A stretch of DNA of 64,000 nt from Candidatus Woesearchaeota archaeon (GCA_018693795.1 JABHMJ010000022.1:146-64145); one strand, 5' to 3'; shown: positions 1 through 9,647, counted from the stretch's first letter. Made by a program: numbers and translations. The notes: a model not told the origin generated them from the letters alone.

Positions 1-154
1 ATTTTCCTGAACCCGAGGGCCCCAAAATAGCAACAAAATCTCCCTCTCTTATTTGTAAAGAAACTCCATCTACGGCCCTAACAATGTTTTTTCCCATACG
101 ATAATGCTTGTAAACGTTTTTTAATTCTATGATTACTTTTTTTTCATTTTTCAT
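1..154 (-). CDS. ABC transporter ATP-binding protein, N-terminal fragment (gene continues upstream of window)
   Basis: The reverse-strand translation reads MKNEKKVIIELKNVYKHYRMGKNIVRAVDGVSLQIREGDFVAILGPSGSGK, a typical ABC ATPase N-terminus with a Walker A motif. The start ATG at 154..152 overlaps the stop of the upstream gene (ATGA). It is truncated by the window edge. Confidence 0.7.
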   Translation of the reverse strand, partial: MKNEKKVIIELKNVYKHYRMGKNIVRAVDGVSLQIREGDFVAILGPSGSGK

Positions 155-1215
155 TGTTTTATATTCCCCTTTGCGCTTAATTGTACTCCTTTATCTTTTT
201 TCTTTTGAGAAATGTAATCATAAAATTCTTTGTAAGTCATTACTTGAACATCATCATTTTTTACATAAGCTAAAAATTTATCTAAATCATCTAACTTTTC
301 TAGTGTATCAAACGTATTTGGATGTAATTGTAAAATAAATAAATTATCTTTTTCATATTCATCTATCCATTCTTCATATGGTGTATGTCTAAAATCAATA
401 GCATGCCACCCATAATGATAAATTGGATCGTATCCTTTTTGAGTGATTATTACATCAGAATCAAAATAGGCTTTAGGAACATGTGTGTTTCCAATAATTT
501 TGAATCCTGCTCTTTTTACGTTTTCATATTGTTCTGTAGTCCAATAATTTCCTGGCGGAAAATATGAATTGAATTGGATATTAAAAATATTTTCAAGTTC
601 TCTTTTTCCATTGTAAACATTAAACCAAACTTCTTCATATTTTGGGCAATGATATTGATTTCTACAGTGGTTATATCCGTGCATTCCCAATTCATATCCT
701 TCATCTGATAATTTTTTTAAATAATCAATCATTTGTTGATCTTCAATTAATGGTATGTTTTCTTTTGTGGATTCATCGAAAATATATGGTGTCACCCCCA
801 ATGTAGCTCTAAATCCATATTTGCTTATTGTATCAGTAACTGGAATAAATTGATCAAAAGTATAACCATATCTTTCATAATTTTCCACATCTTCAATATT
901 CCAATAATCATCTAGTTCTATAATCATTATTTTTTTATCTACTTTTACTGAGGTAGATTGATCCAAAGAATAAATTGCAAAACGTATTCCAGAATATAAT
1001 ATAATCAGAATTAATAGAATTACTAATATTATTTTAAATATTTCTTTATTTTTCTTTTTTGAGAAATTTAGTATCTTTTTCCAAAATTTAATATCTAATT
1101 TTTTTTTGACTATATACAATAGGATTATTGAAATTATGATTAATGCAAAAACATATCCAACTAAGATATAATACAAATCACTTAGTGTTAAACTTCCTGG
1201 AAGTAATCCTACCAT
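151..1215 (-). CDS. membrane-anchored polysaccharide deacetylase-like (NodB-fold) protein
   Basis: N-terminal TM helices are followed by NodB-like motifs (DDY, GMHGYNH, PPGNY, LQLHP). It is translationally coupled to the downstream ABC ATPase. Confidence 0.5.
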   Translation of the reverse strand: MVGLLPGSLTLSDLYYILVGYVFALIIISIILLYIVKKKLDIKFWKKILNFSKKKNKEIFKIILVILLILIILYSGIRFAIYSLDQSTSVKVDKKIMIIELDDYWNIEDVENYERYGYTFDQFIPVTDTISKYGFRATLGVTPYIFDESTKENIPLIEDQQMIDYLKKLSDEGYELGMHGYNHCRNQYHCPKYEEVWFNVYNGKRELENIFNIQFNSYFPPGNYWTTEQYENVKRAGFKIIGNTHVPKAYFDSDVIITQKGYDPIYHYGWHAIDFRHTPYEEWIDEYEKDNLFILQLHPNTFDTLEKLDDLDKFLAYVKNDDVQVMTYKEFYDYISQKKKDKGVQLSAKGNIKQ

Positions 1216-1266
1216 GTCTTAATTTTAATATTCTAATTTAAAAATTTAACTAAAAAAGAAAAAAAG

Positions 1267-2973
1267 TTATTTCCTTTTCTTAAAGAAAAGAGAAAGGAAA
1301 TAAATTATTATAACGATTAAAGCTATATCGCCAACTATCCAGAATGTTGTTTTTGCTGTTTCGTTATCAAAAAAGTTTCCAACAGACCAACCAGTAGGTA
1401 AAAATACTGTTCCACTAGTTTCTTCGTTAGATTCTCCAGCTAAACTATCAGTTGAATCTGATTCTTCTGATTCTTCAGTTTCTTCTGATACTAAACAACC
1501 ATTAACTGTTATCTTTTCTACGTAATTTTTTTGTTCACCTAAATCATCGTAGTAAAGAGTAAATGTTAATGCATATTCTTTGTTAGCCATTCCTTCTGGG
1601 ATTGTAGCTTCTAGATATACAGTGTTATCATCATCTCGGTCATCATATTTTTCTAAATCGAATGTTTCAGAAAAAACATCAATTCCAAGTTCTGAATTAT
1701 ACATTCTTACTTTTACTGCATCATCATCTCGATCGCCAACATTTTGTACATCAACTTCTGCGTTGAAAAGATATCCACATGAAACTACAGATGGATTAAC
1801 CAAAATACTATCGATTATTACTTTATGATCTGGTCTTTCTACATCTATTTCTTCAACATCTTCAATACATTGGTGATCTTCGTTTCTGTATTCATAAGCT
1901 TTAACATGAACTTCGTATGTCCCATCATCCCAATCATCTTCAACTTCTATTTCAAATGAAAAAGTTTCTGTTTCATCTTCTTCAATATCAGTTTTTGAGC
2001 TTTTTTCACTCTCTAACTTTCTATCCTCTCCACGTTCTGTTACCCAAACTTCTACGATTACATCATCGATGTCTTCATTATCATTATTTTCAATTTCAAC
2101 ATCTATTTGTATCATGTCCCCTTGTGAGTATTCATCCTCATCTACATCGAATTCTTCAATTCTTAGTTGACCTACATCACAAAAATCAGATTCATCTAGT
2201 AAATCAAAATCTTTTATATTAACATCATGTTGATTTAACTCATCATCTGTTTTGTAAGTTTTTACATATAAATCATAATTATGATCTGCATCTAAATTAT
2301 CATTTACATCTAATGAAACTGAGAATGTTTCCTCTTGTCCATCATCAACTGTTTGATCACTTGAATCTTCAAAAGCAACTATTTGTTTTAAATCTTCATC
2401 ATATAACCAAACTTCTAGTCTTACATCAGTTAAATCTGCTGATCCATCATTTTCAATATCTAAATCGATATCCAGGATATTTCCTGCCCTCATTTGATCA
2501 GGAATATCATCATATGAATCAGTATCAATTATATTTAAGTTTCCAACACTTCCTGTGTATTGATCTACGAATACTGTGGCAGGCATTGTTGTTTGTGTTG
2601 CATTTTCAGTTACAGTTATTGTTGATTCATATTCACCCATTCTTGTAGAAAGGGGCACATTTACTGTTGCTATTACATCAGTTGAACCGTTTCCAGGCAC
2701 ATCTGCTGTACTTGGGTTAAATGTTACTGTTCCGTCAAATAAATACGTGCTTATGAATGCATTAGTATATGTAAAATCACTCGCAGAAAGCACCGCACCA
2801 GTTACATTTGTTGCATCTGGGTTTGTTAATGTTATTGTGGCGTCTTTTGATTCACCTTGATTTGCAATTCCAAAGTCAATTGGGCCTGTAGTCAAGTCAG
2901 CATTTGCTAGCGTAGCTGATAAAATCAAAAACATTGCCAAAAATATTAATTTTTTCATTCTTTTGTCCTCCAA
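1267..2973 (-). CDS. secreted acidic cell-surface protein with tripartite C-terminal sorting-like signal (motif, TM helix, KKRK)
   Basis: N-terminal signal peptide (MKKLIFLAMFLILSATLANA); many N-x-S/T sequons; Asp/Glu-rich repeated domains; Ser/Glu-rich linker; C-terminal PTGWSVGNFFDNETAKTTFW followed by a hydrophobic helix and KKRK. Confidence 0.6.
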   Translation of the reverse strand: MEDKRMKKLIFLAMFLILSATLANADLTTGPIDFGIANQGESKDATITLTNPDATNVTGAVLSASDFTYTNAFISTYLFDGTVTFNPSTADVPGNGSTDVIATVNVPLSTRMGEYESTITVTENATQTTMPATVFVDQYTGSVGNLNIIDTDSYDDIPDQMRAGNILDIDLDIENDGSADLTDVRLEVWLYDEDLKQIVAFEDSSDQTVDDGQEETFSVSLDVNDNLDADHNYDLYVKTYKTDDELNQHDVNIKDFDLLDESDFCDVGQLRIEEFDVDEDEYSQGDMIQIDVEIENNDNEDIDDVIVEVWVTERGEDRKLESEKSSKTDIEEDETETFSFEIEVEDDWDDGTYEVHVKAYEYRNEDHQCIEDVEEIDVERPDHKVIIDSILVNPSVVSCGYLFNAEVDVQNVGDRDDDAVKVRMYNSELGIDVFSETFDLEKYDDRDDDNTVYLEATIPEGMANKEYALTFTLYYDDLGEQKNYVEKITVNGCLVSEETEESEESDSTDSLAGESNEETSGTVFLPTGWSVGNFFDNETAKTTFWIVGDIALIVIIIYFLSLFFKKRK

Positions 2974-3009
2974 AATTATAATTTTGTTACACTTCTAGAG
3001 TTGTAAATC

Positions 3010-3026
3010 TGTTTATAAAGTTTACT
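3010..3026 (-). promoter_or_regulatory. BRE/TATA promoter element (AGTAAACTTTATAAACA on minus strand) upstream of surface protein gene
   Basis: TATA-like TTTATAAA about 37 nt upstream of the start at 2973. The identical 17-mer recurs upstream of the L1 operon at 7067..7083. Confidence 0.35.
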
Positions 3027-3060
3027 AAAGCTTATAAATTTATTAAAGTGTGAGAAATTA

Positions 3061-3576
3061 ATGAAATATTATTGGAATTTGGGTTTTAGATTACTTTTTG
3101 CGGTAGTTTTTGTTGTTTTTTATGAATTTTTTTATTCTGTCATTTATCCTTTAACTGTTTATCCAGCTTATTTTTTAATTAATTTATTTTATGATGCTTA
3201 TTTGGTTAATAATTCTATATTTATTTCTGGTATTGTTATTAATATTATTCCTGCTTGTATTGCTGGAATTGCTTATGCTTTGTTATTATTTTTAATAATT
3301 TTTACTAAAGGCATTAGTTTAAAGAAAAGTGTTAGGATGTTTTTATTTGGTAGTTTGTTAATTTTATTAATGAATATTTTACGTATAGATTTATTGATAT
3401 TTGTTTTGTTGGAATTTGGATCTGATTTATTTGATAAAATTCATTTAGTATTTTGGAATTTTATTTCTGGGTTGTATGTTGCTTTTGTTTGGATATTTTT
3501 GGTTAAGAAGTTTAAGGTTAAAAGTATTCCTGTTGTTTCTGATGTAAAAGAATTATATAAGAGAATAAATCCCTAA
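3061..3576 (+). CDS. archaeosortase/exosortase family protein (small variant)
   Basis: Polytopic membrane protein with an IPACIAGIAY motif (exosortase ACSG-like catalytic Cys) and an NILRI motif (conserved NxxRI Arg). It lies next to a surface protein carrying a C-terminal TM plus basic tail. Confidence 0.5.
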   Translation: MKYYWNLGFRLLFAVVFVVFYEFFYSVIYPLTVYPAYFLINLFYDAYLVNNSIFISGIVINIIPACIAGIAYALLLFLIIFTKGISLKKSVRMFLFGSLLILLMNILRIDLLIFVLLEFGSDLFDKIHLVFWNFISGLYVAFVWIFLVKKFKVKSIPVVSDVKELYKRINP

Positions 3577-4008
3577 AGAAGCTAATGTTACAAGTATTCC
3601 TGCAATGAATACTCCTGCTGCAATTGTTACTAATGATTTTTTTCTATCTAATTTGAATAACCAAGCAGCTAACGACCCAGTATATGCTCCAGTTCCAGGG
3701 AGTGGGATAGCTACCAAAAGTAATAATGCTGGATATTCCCATTTTGTTCCAATTCTGTGTTCAATTTTTCTTCTTGTTCGGTTTATTAGTTTTGAAAATA
3801 AAACCCTGTAAAATTTTTTCTCCATGAATCTTTCATGTAAAAAATCTAGAAATAAAAATATTATGGGAATAATTAAAATATTAGCTAAAACACATAAAGT
3901 AAATATTACTCCGATAGATGCCCCAGAAGACATTGCCAATGGAATTCCACCACGCAATTCTGCAATTGGTAAAGCACTTAATATTATTCCGTAAATTAAA
4001 TTACTCAT
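3553..4008 (-). CDS. small integral membrane protein (COG2426 / small multidrug export-like)
   Basis: N-terminus LPIAELRGGIPLA and about 4 TM helices. Confidence 0.4.
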   Translation of the reverse strand: MSNLIYGIILSALPIAELRGGIPLAMSSGASIGVIFTLCVLANILIIPIIFLFLDFLHERFMEKKFYRVLFSKLINRTRRKIEHRIGTKWEYPALLLLVAIPLPGTGAYTGSLAAWLFKLDRKKSLVTIAAGVFIAGILVTLASLGIYSLI

Positions 4009-4047
4009 AAAATTAAATTATATAATTCATTTAATTAGTTTGTGGTA

Positions 4048-4887
4048 TTATTTACCAGAACCTTGGAAAACTAAAAGATCTTCATTTGTTAATTTTTTCT
4101 TTTTCTTTAATTTTTCTTCTACTTCTTTTGTTTTTTCTTCAAGAATATGTGTATCTCTTTTTTTAACTTTGAAATCTTGTTCTATTCTCATACCTTTTGC
4201 ATTTTTTAATTTTTCTTTTAATTGAGAATTTATTTTTGAGAATTTATTTTTTGAATCTATAAAACTTTCAAATGCTTTTTCTTGTTTTTTCTTTAAATCA
4301 TTAATTTGTTTTGTTAATTTTCTAAATTCTTCATAATCGGGTTTACTATCTTTTATTTCTTTTTGTAATTTTTTATGACAATCTTCTGCTTTGTCTTTTG
4401 CTTCTTTAATTTTGTTTGAAACTTCTTTTAATTCTTTGAATAAACCTTGTACATCTCCAGCTTCTGTCATTTGTTTTTTAAGATGTCTAATTTGTATCAT
4501 AATCTTTTTTTCTTTATCGAAAGATAATGCTTCAGTTTGAATAGAATAATCTAATGCTTCAATTTGTTTTGATATTTCTCCTGGATTGAAAGTAATCTTT
4601 TTATCTTTCATAATTTTTTGTTTTTCAGAATTAAGTTTTTTAAATTTGGAAATTAGTTTTTTTACTTCATCATTATATTTATTCCTTTCTGTTTTTAATT
4701 TTTGAACTTCTTTATTATCAGTAGTTTTAGAAAATTTAATTTTTTTAATTTGAGAGATTAATTTAGAAACTTCTTTTTTTAATCCCTCTTTTTCAGTAAA
4801 CCACTCTTCTTTTTCTACGTTTAGTTTATTAAGAGTGTTTTTTAGTTCTGTAATTCCCTTTTTTAGTTCTTTTTCCGATGTCATCAT
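4048..4887 (-). CDS. coiled-coil Lys/Glu-rich protein, unknown function
   Basis: 279 aa with heptad-like K/E/L periodicity throughout and no catalytic motifs. Confidence 0.5.
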   Translation of the reverse strand: MMTSEKELKKGITELKNTLNKLNVEKEEWFTEKEGLKKEVSKLISQIKKIKFSKTTDNKEVQKLKTERNKYNDEVKKLISKFKKLNSEKQKIMKDKKITFNPGEISKQIEALDYSIQTEALSFDKEKKIMIQIRHLKKQMTEAGDVQGLFKELKEVSNKIKEAKDKAEDCHKKLQKEIKDSKPDYEEFRKLTKQINDLKKKQEKAFESFIDSKNKFSKINSQLKEKLKNAKGMRIEQDFKVKKRDTHILEEKTKEVEEKLKKKKKLTNEDLLVFQGSGK

Positions 4888-4930
4888 TTATTGCGTCTGT
4901 TTAAAATAAAAAAAATAAAAAAAGAAAAGT

Positions 4931-5227
4931 TTATCCGAAAAGAGCACCTAGGCCTGCTGCTGCTTGTCCGTCATCTTCTTTCTTTTCTTCTTTCTTTTCT
5001 TCAGCTTTTGGAGCTTCTTCAGTTGCTGTTGCAGCTGGTGCTGCACTAACTGTAGCGGCTTCTTTAATTGCTTGCTCGATATCTACTCCATCAAGTGCTG
5101 CAACTAATGCTTTGATTTTTGAATCGTCTGCTGTTGCTCCTGCAGCTGTTAAAACTTTTTTTAAGCTTTCTTCATTGATTTCATTACCAGATTTGTGAAT
5201 AAGTAATGCTGCATATATTAATTCCAT
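4931..5227 (-). CDS. rpl12: 50S ribosomal stalk protein L12 (P1)
   Basis: N-terminus [14 protein letters not shown], an Ala-rich hinge, and the canonical acidic tail ending GLGALFG. Confidence 0.9.
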   Translation of the reverse strand: MELIYAALLIHKSGNEINEESLKKVLTAAGATADDSKIKALVAALDGVDIEQAIKEAATVSAAPAATATEEAPKAEEKKEEKKEDDGQAAAGLGALFG

Positions 5228-5228
5228 T

Positions 5229-6323
5229 TTATCCTCCTATACTCTCCTGTTTTAATTGATCTAAAAGTTTCTCAGCTTCTTTTGCTGATTCTTCTGAGTA
5301 ACCACTTTGATCTACTTCTTCTGATTTTTGATCTTCTTTCGGAACTTCTTCAGTTTTTTCTTCAACTTTTGGTTCTTCTGTTGGAGTTTCTTCTGGTTTT
5401 TGTTCCTCGGTTTTTTCTTCAGCTTTATGTTCTTCTTTCGGAACTTCTTCAACTTTTGGTTCTTCGGCCTTTTCTTCGACTTTTGGTTCCTCAGTTTTAG
5501 GTTCTTCTGATTTTTCTTCAGCTTTAGGTTCTTCTTTTGGAGTTTCCTCTTCTGGAAGTTTTGATTCTATTGAAATTTTTTCTCTTTCAGCTTTTTGTAA
5601 CAATATTTCAACAGTTTCTTTTGTTGGATATGTTACGAAAACTGCAAGATTGAGTGCTTCAGAAGCTGCTGCTTTAATTCTGTTCAAGTATTCAGCTTCA
5701 TCAATAGATAATACATCACTATCAAAAATATCCCCATTTTGATAGATTGCGGCAATGTTTAATCCAATTTCCATTGGTTCTATGCCAAATTTAGCAAGCA
5801 TATCTGCTTGTTTTTGTGTTATTTCTTCTCCTTTTTTAACAATTGTCGATTCTTCTTTAATTATAACTTTTCCATCTTCAATTGAAGCTTTAATTCCTGC
5901 TGCACCCAATTCTCCAATAATTGGTCCTGGCGCAAAAGGGGTTGGGCCTTCAGGAACTTTCAAATCTTTTGGAGCTATTTGTCCAGGCTTAGCGGCAGTA
6001 GAAGATTTATTTTTATCTAACATTTTTGCTATTTTGAAAGCATCTTTATCTGTTAACAATATTGCAGGCATTGATTTTTCTAAATATTTTTCTAATTTTT
6101 CTATTCCTTTTTTAGATCCTTTTACATTTTCTATTGCTATTTTAATTAATGATTTTTTAGCAACTATTACGTTTAGATCTTTTCTTAGTTTGTGTTTTAT
6201 TTTTTGGAATTGAGCAGAAGGTAAATTTGTTAAGTCTATGATTCCTATAATTGATCCTGATTCAAGCTTTTTAGTTAATTCTACAACTGTTTGCTTTTTC
6301 TTATCAGAAACGTGGGCTTTCAT
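5229..6323 (-). CDS. rplP0: 50S ribosomal protein L10 (P0) with long repetitive E/P/K-rich C-terminal extension
   Basis: Conserved L10/P0 core ([22 protein letters not shown]...) followed by about 100 aa of EEPKxEEK repeats. Sits between L1 and L12. Confidence 0.9.
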   Translation of the reverse strand: MKAHVSDKKKQTVVELTKKLESGSIIGIIDLTNLPSAQFQKIKHKLRKDLNVIVAKKSLIKIAIENVKGSKKGIEKLEKYLEKSMPAILLTDKDAFKIAKMLDKNKSSTAAKPGQIAPKDLKVPEGPTPFAPGPIIGELGAAGIKASIEDGKVIIKEESTIVKKGEEITQKQADMLAKFGIEPMEIGLNIAAIYQNGDIFDSDVLSIDEAEYLNRIKAAASEALNLAVFVTYPTKETVEILLQKAEREKISIESKLPEEETPKEEPKAEEKSEEPKTEEPKVEEKAEEPKVEEVPKEEHKAEEKTEEQKPEETPTEEPKVEEKTEEVPKEDQKSEEVDQSGYSEESAKEAEKLLDQLKQESIGG

Positions 6324-7012
6324 TCTTTCTTAGCCTCCTCTTTAAATTTAGGACCTTTTTCTGTAACTTCTACACTTTTACTCATTGTAAATTTAATTAA
6401 TAATGATTTTATATTTGCCTTTTCTTGAGGTAATTCATGTGTAATTGTATTGAATATTAAATTAATGTTTTCTGTAAGATCTTCGTCAGACATAGATTCT
6501 GTTCCAGCCACAGTTTTAATACTAGGTTGATCTCTTGATTGTAATCTTGCTGTACTTGCTAATCTTTTTGCTAGAGGTTCTAAGTCTGCAGTTGGAGGCA
6601 CAATGCATCCTGCTTTTGGATTTGGCATTTTTCCTATTGGCGCCAAAACTTTACCAAATTTTTTACCTATGTCTGCCATTAAATTTGCTTGTGCTACAAA
6701 ATAATCATATTCTCTTGCTAATTTTTTTAGGGCTTTTTTATCTTTTGCTAAAGCTTCAAATTCTTCACTTAGAATTACTTTATCGAAAATTTTAGCTTTT
6801 GTTTCTAATTCTTTTCCAACAAAGGCACATATTTTTGGTTTTTTTCCTATTTCTTTAGGAAGTTGTAAGAATAAATCTATTTTTTGATTAGGATTTTTCT
6901 TTAAATCTATTTTTGATAAATTAATAGAAACATCTAATGTTTGTGGAAATTTTCTTTGTTTTGAAATTTCCCTTAACTTTTTTATCGAATCTTGTATTGC
7001 TTTTTTATTCAT
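6320..7012 (-). CDS. rpl1: 50S ribosomal protein L1
   Basis: L1 family motifs (GKMPNPKAGCIVPP) in the conserved operon position. Confidence 0.9.
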   Translation of the reverse strand: MNKKAIQDSIKKLREISKQRKFPQTLDVSINLSKIDLKKNPNQKIDLFLQLPKEIGKKPKICAFVGKELETKAKIFDKVILSEEFEALAKDKKALKKLAREYDYFVAQANLMADIGKKFGKVLAPIGKMPNPKAGCIVPPTADLEPLAKRLASTARLQSRDQPSIKTVAGTESMSDEDLTENINLIFNTITHELPQEKANIKSLLIKFTMSKSVEVTEKGPKFKEEAKKE

Positions 7013-7066
7013 TTATTTCCCTCCTACTTACGTAGTCGTAATGGGTATGAATTTGTGTAATTGAAT

Positions 7067-7083
7067 TGTTTATAAAGTTTACT
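7067..7083 (-). promoter_or_regulatory. BRE/TATA promoter of L1-P0-L12 operon (same 17-mer as at 3010..3026)
   Basis: AGTAAACTTTATAAACA on the minus strand, about 55 nt upstream of the L1 start. Confidence 0.35.
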
Positions 7084-7600
7084 GTTTGGAAAGTCCATAT
7101 ACATATAATTTTTCATAAGGTATTTTTTCCTCTGAAAGTTTTTTAGTTTTGAAGTCTTTTAGTATTATTTCCATATCTGGAGTTAAAGAAGAAAATAAAA
7201 GCAGTATTTTTCCGTTTTCTTTTAAGTGATTTTTAACTTGTTTTAGGAATTTTATGATTATTTCATTCCCTTTTTTTCCACCTGTTGTTGCTAGTTTAGA
7301 ATCTTCTGGTTCTCTTTCATCTTCTGGAAGATAAGGGGGGTTGAAAATTATTAGATCGAAAGAACCTTTTACATTTTGAAATAAATCTGAATGTAATGTT
7401 TTTACGTTTGGTATTTTTAGACATTCTTTGTTAATATCTACAGCCAAAACCTCTGCTCCTTGTTCTTTTGCAGTTATTGCTTGAATCCCAGATCCAGTTC
7501 CCATGTCTAGAACTTTCATTCCTTGTTTTACAAATTTCTTTACTTGTTTTTGAAGTAAGTAAGAATCTTCAGCGGGTTGGTAAATCATTTTAATATTCAC
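7079..7600 (-). CDS. HemK-related protein N5-glutamine methyltransferase (Mtq2-like, NPPY family)
   Basis: SAM-binding motif VLDMGTGSGIQAI and catalytic motif NPPY. Confidence 0.7.
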   Translation of the reverse strand: MNIKMIYQPAEDSYLLQKQVKKFVKQGMKVLDMGTGSGIQAITAKEQGAEVLAVDINKECLKIPNVKTLHSDLFQNVKGSFDLIIFNPPYLPEDEREPEDSKLATTGGKKGNEIIIKFLKQVKNHLKENGKILLLFSSLTPDMEIILKDFKTKKLSEEKIPYEKLYVYGLSKQ

Positions 7601-7787
7601 TATATGGGGAATCTAAATCTATATAATTTGTGTGATCTGTTATATTTCGATCTCCTCTTTTTATTTGTGCACTTCTTGCTAACATAACTTTAGCTATCAA
7701 ATCTCCATCAGAGAGTTTTATTTTATTTTTAGGTTTTCTAGGGTATCCATCAAACTGTTGTGCCAATAGTACATCTCTATATTTCAT
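7590..7787 (-). CDS. small hypothetical protein (65 aa), translationally coupled in operon
   Basis: ORF with balanced composition; its start overlaps the stop of the upstream gene. No recognizable family. Confidence 0.3.
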   Translation of the reverse strand: MKYRDVLLAQQFDGYPRKPKNKIKLSDGDLIAKVMLARSAQIKRGDRNITDHTNYIDLDSPYSEY

Positions 7788-8239
7788 TTTACCTCCTTAA
7801 AGTAATCTTCAACTCTCTCTAATATGTTTTTAAGATAGAACTCCTTTATTTGTTTTTTGAATATTACATGCAATTCTTCAAACTCTGAAATTCTATATTG
7901 ATTTCTAATATTTTCTACTAAGTATATATCTCTTAATCTTTTTAATTGTCTTCTGACATTAGAAGATGCAACTCCTTTTAGTGGGAGTTTTTGTTTTTTT
8001 CTTGAAGAGATTACTTTTTCTTTTATTTCTTCAGAATTCATAAATAATTGTTCATTTTTGTTATCCATTAATACTTGTAAAATATCAACTATTATATCTC
8101 TGGAATCTCCTGGTTGTAATAATCCAATTGAGAGGCAAACTTTTCTGGTTAAATCTCTTTTAGAAGATGTTGAAGGTTTTTCATACCTTCTTAATGTTAT
8201 TTCAGATAATGGTGTATCTTTTGAAATTGTTTTAGCCAT
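7784..8239 (-). CDS. putative winged-helix DNA-binding protein
   Basis: 151 aa, basic, with helix-turn-helix-like segments. Weak call. Confidence 0.35.
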   Translation of the reverse strand: MAKTISKDTPLSEITLRRYEKPSTSSKRDLTRKVCLSIGLLQPGDSRDIIVDILQVLMDNKNEQLFMNSEEIKEKVISSRKKQKLPLKGVASSNVRRQLKRLRDIYLVENIRNQYRISEFEELHVIFKKQIKEFYLKNILERVEDYFKEVK

Positions 8240-8298
8240 GCTAGGAATTATTAATCAATGTTTATAAATTGTTTCTCAGTCTTTGGCAAGCTGTCAAG

Positions 8299-8535
8299 CT
8301 ATTCTTCTCTTCTCTTTTTCTTTACAATATGCCTTAATAGAAATAACGACGTTTCGTCTAACCTATCTTCTAGGCCAATTCCTTTTAAATCTCCTTGTTT
8401 TAAATATGTTTGTCTTAGATTTGTTGGATATTCTGCTATGAATCCGTATTCTTTTAGTAACTTTTCTTCTGATTTAAATCCTTTTTCAGACATAGTATTA
8501 TAATATTCAGTTGCTAATCTTTTATTTGAAATCAT
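8299..8535 (-). CDS. hypothetical protein (78 aa)
   Basis: ORF only. It overlaps an alternative + strand ORF that has a poorer composition. Confidence 0.25.
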   Translation of the reverse strand: MISNKRLATEYYNTMSEKGFKSEEKLLKEYGFIAEYPTNLRQTYLKQGDLKGIGLEDRLDETSLFLLRHIVKKKRREE

Positions 8536-8568
8536 ATTTTTGTTGAGAAATAACTCTTTTATAAAACT

Positions 8569-9612
8569 TTAGAATTCAGTTAATTTCTTTGAATAATTTA
8601 CAATTGAAGATTTCCCAGGAACTTCAATAACGTCTAACATGTGATTTTTCTTTAATTCATCTATTTTTCTGTGGAATGTTCTATAAGAAAACTTATCTTC
8701 TAACATTGAATGTAATTCTTTTACAGTTTTTCCAGAATTTTGTTTTATTAAATCTAAAATTGTTTGTTCATCATCTCCGAAGTCTAGAGAATTTTTAATT
8801 TTGAAACTTTCCAATTTTGTTAATGCTTTGTGTGCGTGATCAATTAATATTTTTCTTGAAGCTCTTGCCTCTGCAGAATTTCCAGATTCACGAAGTAAAA
8901 ATAATCCAGAACGTATATCTCCCACTTGTATTGTTTTATTTATTACTGCTTGCATGGCATCTTGATCCCAAACATTTGGAACAAAAGCATATTTTACTCT
9001 TTCTTTCATAATTCCTGCAGTTTCTTCAGCATTGTATTCATTAAACTCTAAAAGTTCTGGCATCAATCTTGATTTTACTCTATCATCTAATTGGGTTAAC
9101 CATTCTTTATTATTTGCAATCAAGATTAATGATTTTTTTAGTAAATCTTCGCAGAATGAATATAGTATGTCTACTTCTCTTACTTTATCAATTTCATCTA
9201 AGAATAAAACTACTGTTCCTTTGTTTAATTCTTTTGCAGCTATGTCCATTAATTCATCTGTTCTTTTATTTTGGGTCCATTTGTATCCAATTTGATTACA
9301 AATTTCTAATAATATTTTATAGCTTGAATCTTTTTTCCAACAGTTTATGTATATTGCTTTGACATCTCCTGTTTTTTCTTCTAATTCTCTTTTTACAAAT
9401 AATGCAGCTAAAGTTTTTCCTATTCCCGGTGCACCTTGTATGAATAAATTTCTTCCAGTTTTATTTTGAAGTAATGGTGCAATACATTCTGCGATAAATT
9501 GTTGTTGATTTTCTCTGAACGGAATTTGTTTTGGAACGTAATCATAATCTAACGCAATTTCATCTAAGAATAAGCTTTCATTGTCGTGTAAAATATTATC
9601 GAATAAACCCAT
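8569..9612 (-). CDS. cdc6: ORC1-type DNA replication protein Cdc6/Orc1
   Basis: AAA+ Walker A (GAPGIGKT), Walker B (VLFLDEIDK), sensor motifs, and a C-terminal winged-helix. Confidence 0.9.
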   Translation of the reverse strand: MGLFDNILHDNESLFLDEIALDYDYVPKQIPFRENQQQFIAECIAPLLQNKTGRNLFIQGAPGIGKTLAALFVKRELEEKTGDVKAIYINCWKKDSSYKILLEICNQIGYKWTQNKRTDELMDIAAKELNKGTVVLFLDEIDKVREVDILYSFCEDLLKKSLILIANNKEWLTQLDDRVKSRLMPELLEFNEYNAEETAGIMKERVKYAFVPNVWDQDAMQAVINKTIQVGDIRSGLFLLRESGNSAEARASRKILIDHAHKALTKLESFKIKNSLDFGDDEQTILDLIKQNSGKTVKELHSMLEDKFSYRTFHRKIDELKKNHMLDVIEVPGKSSIVNYSKKLTEF

Positions 9613-9647
9613 AAAAATGATAAAAAGAAAGAAAGATATAAAACTTT

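Noticed and set aside
5282-6213. Plus-strand ORFs (5282-5500, 5328-5510, 5755-6213) antisense to the P0 gene
   Set aside because: Low-complexity Leu/Phe-rich translations generated by the antisense of E/K/P codon repeats. P0 on the minus strand is strongly supported.
8258-8503. 81-aa plus-strand ORF overlapping the 8299-8535 minus-strand ORF
   Set aside because: Cys/Ser/Phe-rich low-complexity translation; the minus-strand frame has the more protein-like composition, though neither is certain.
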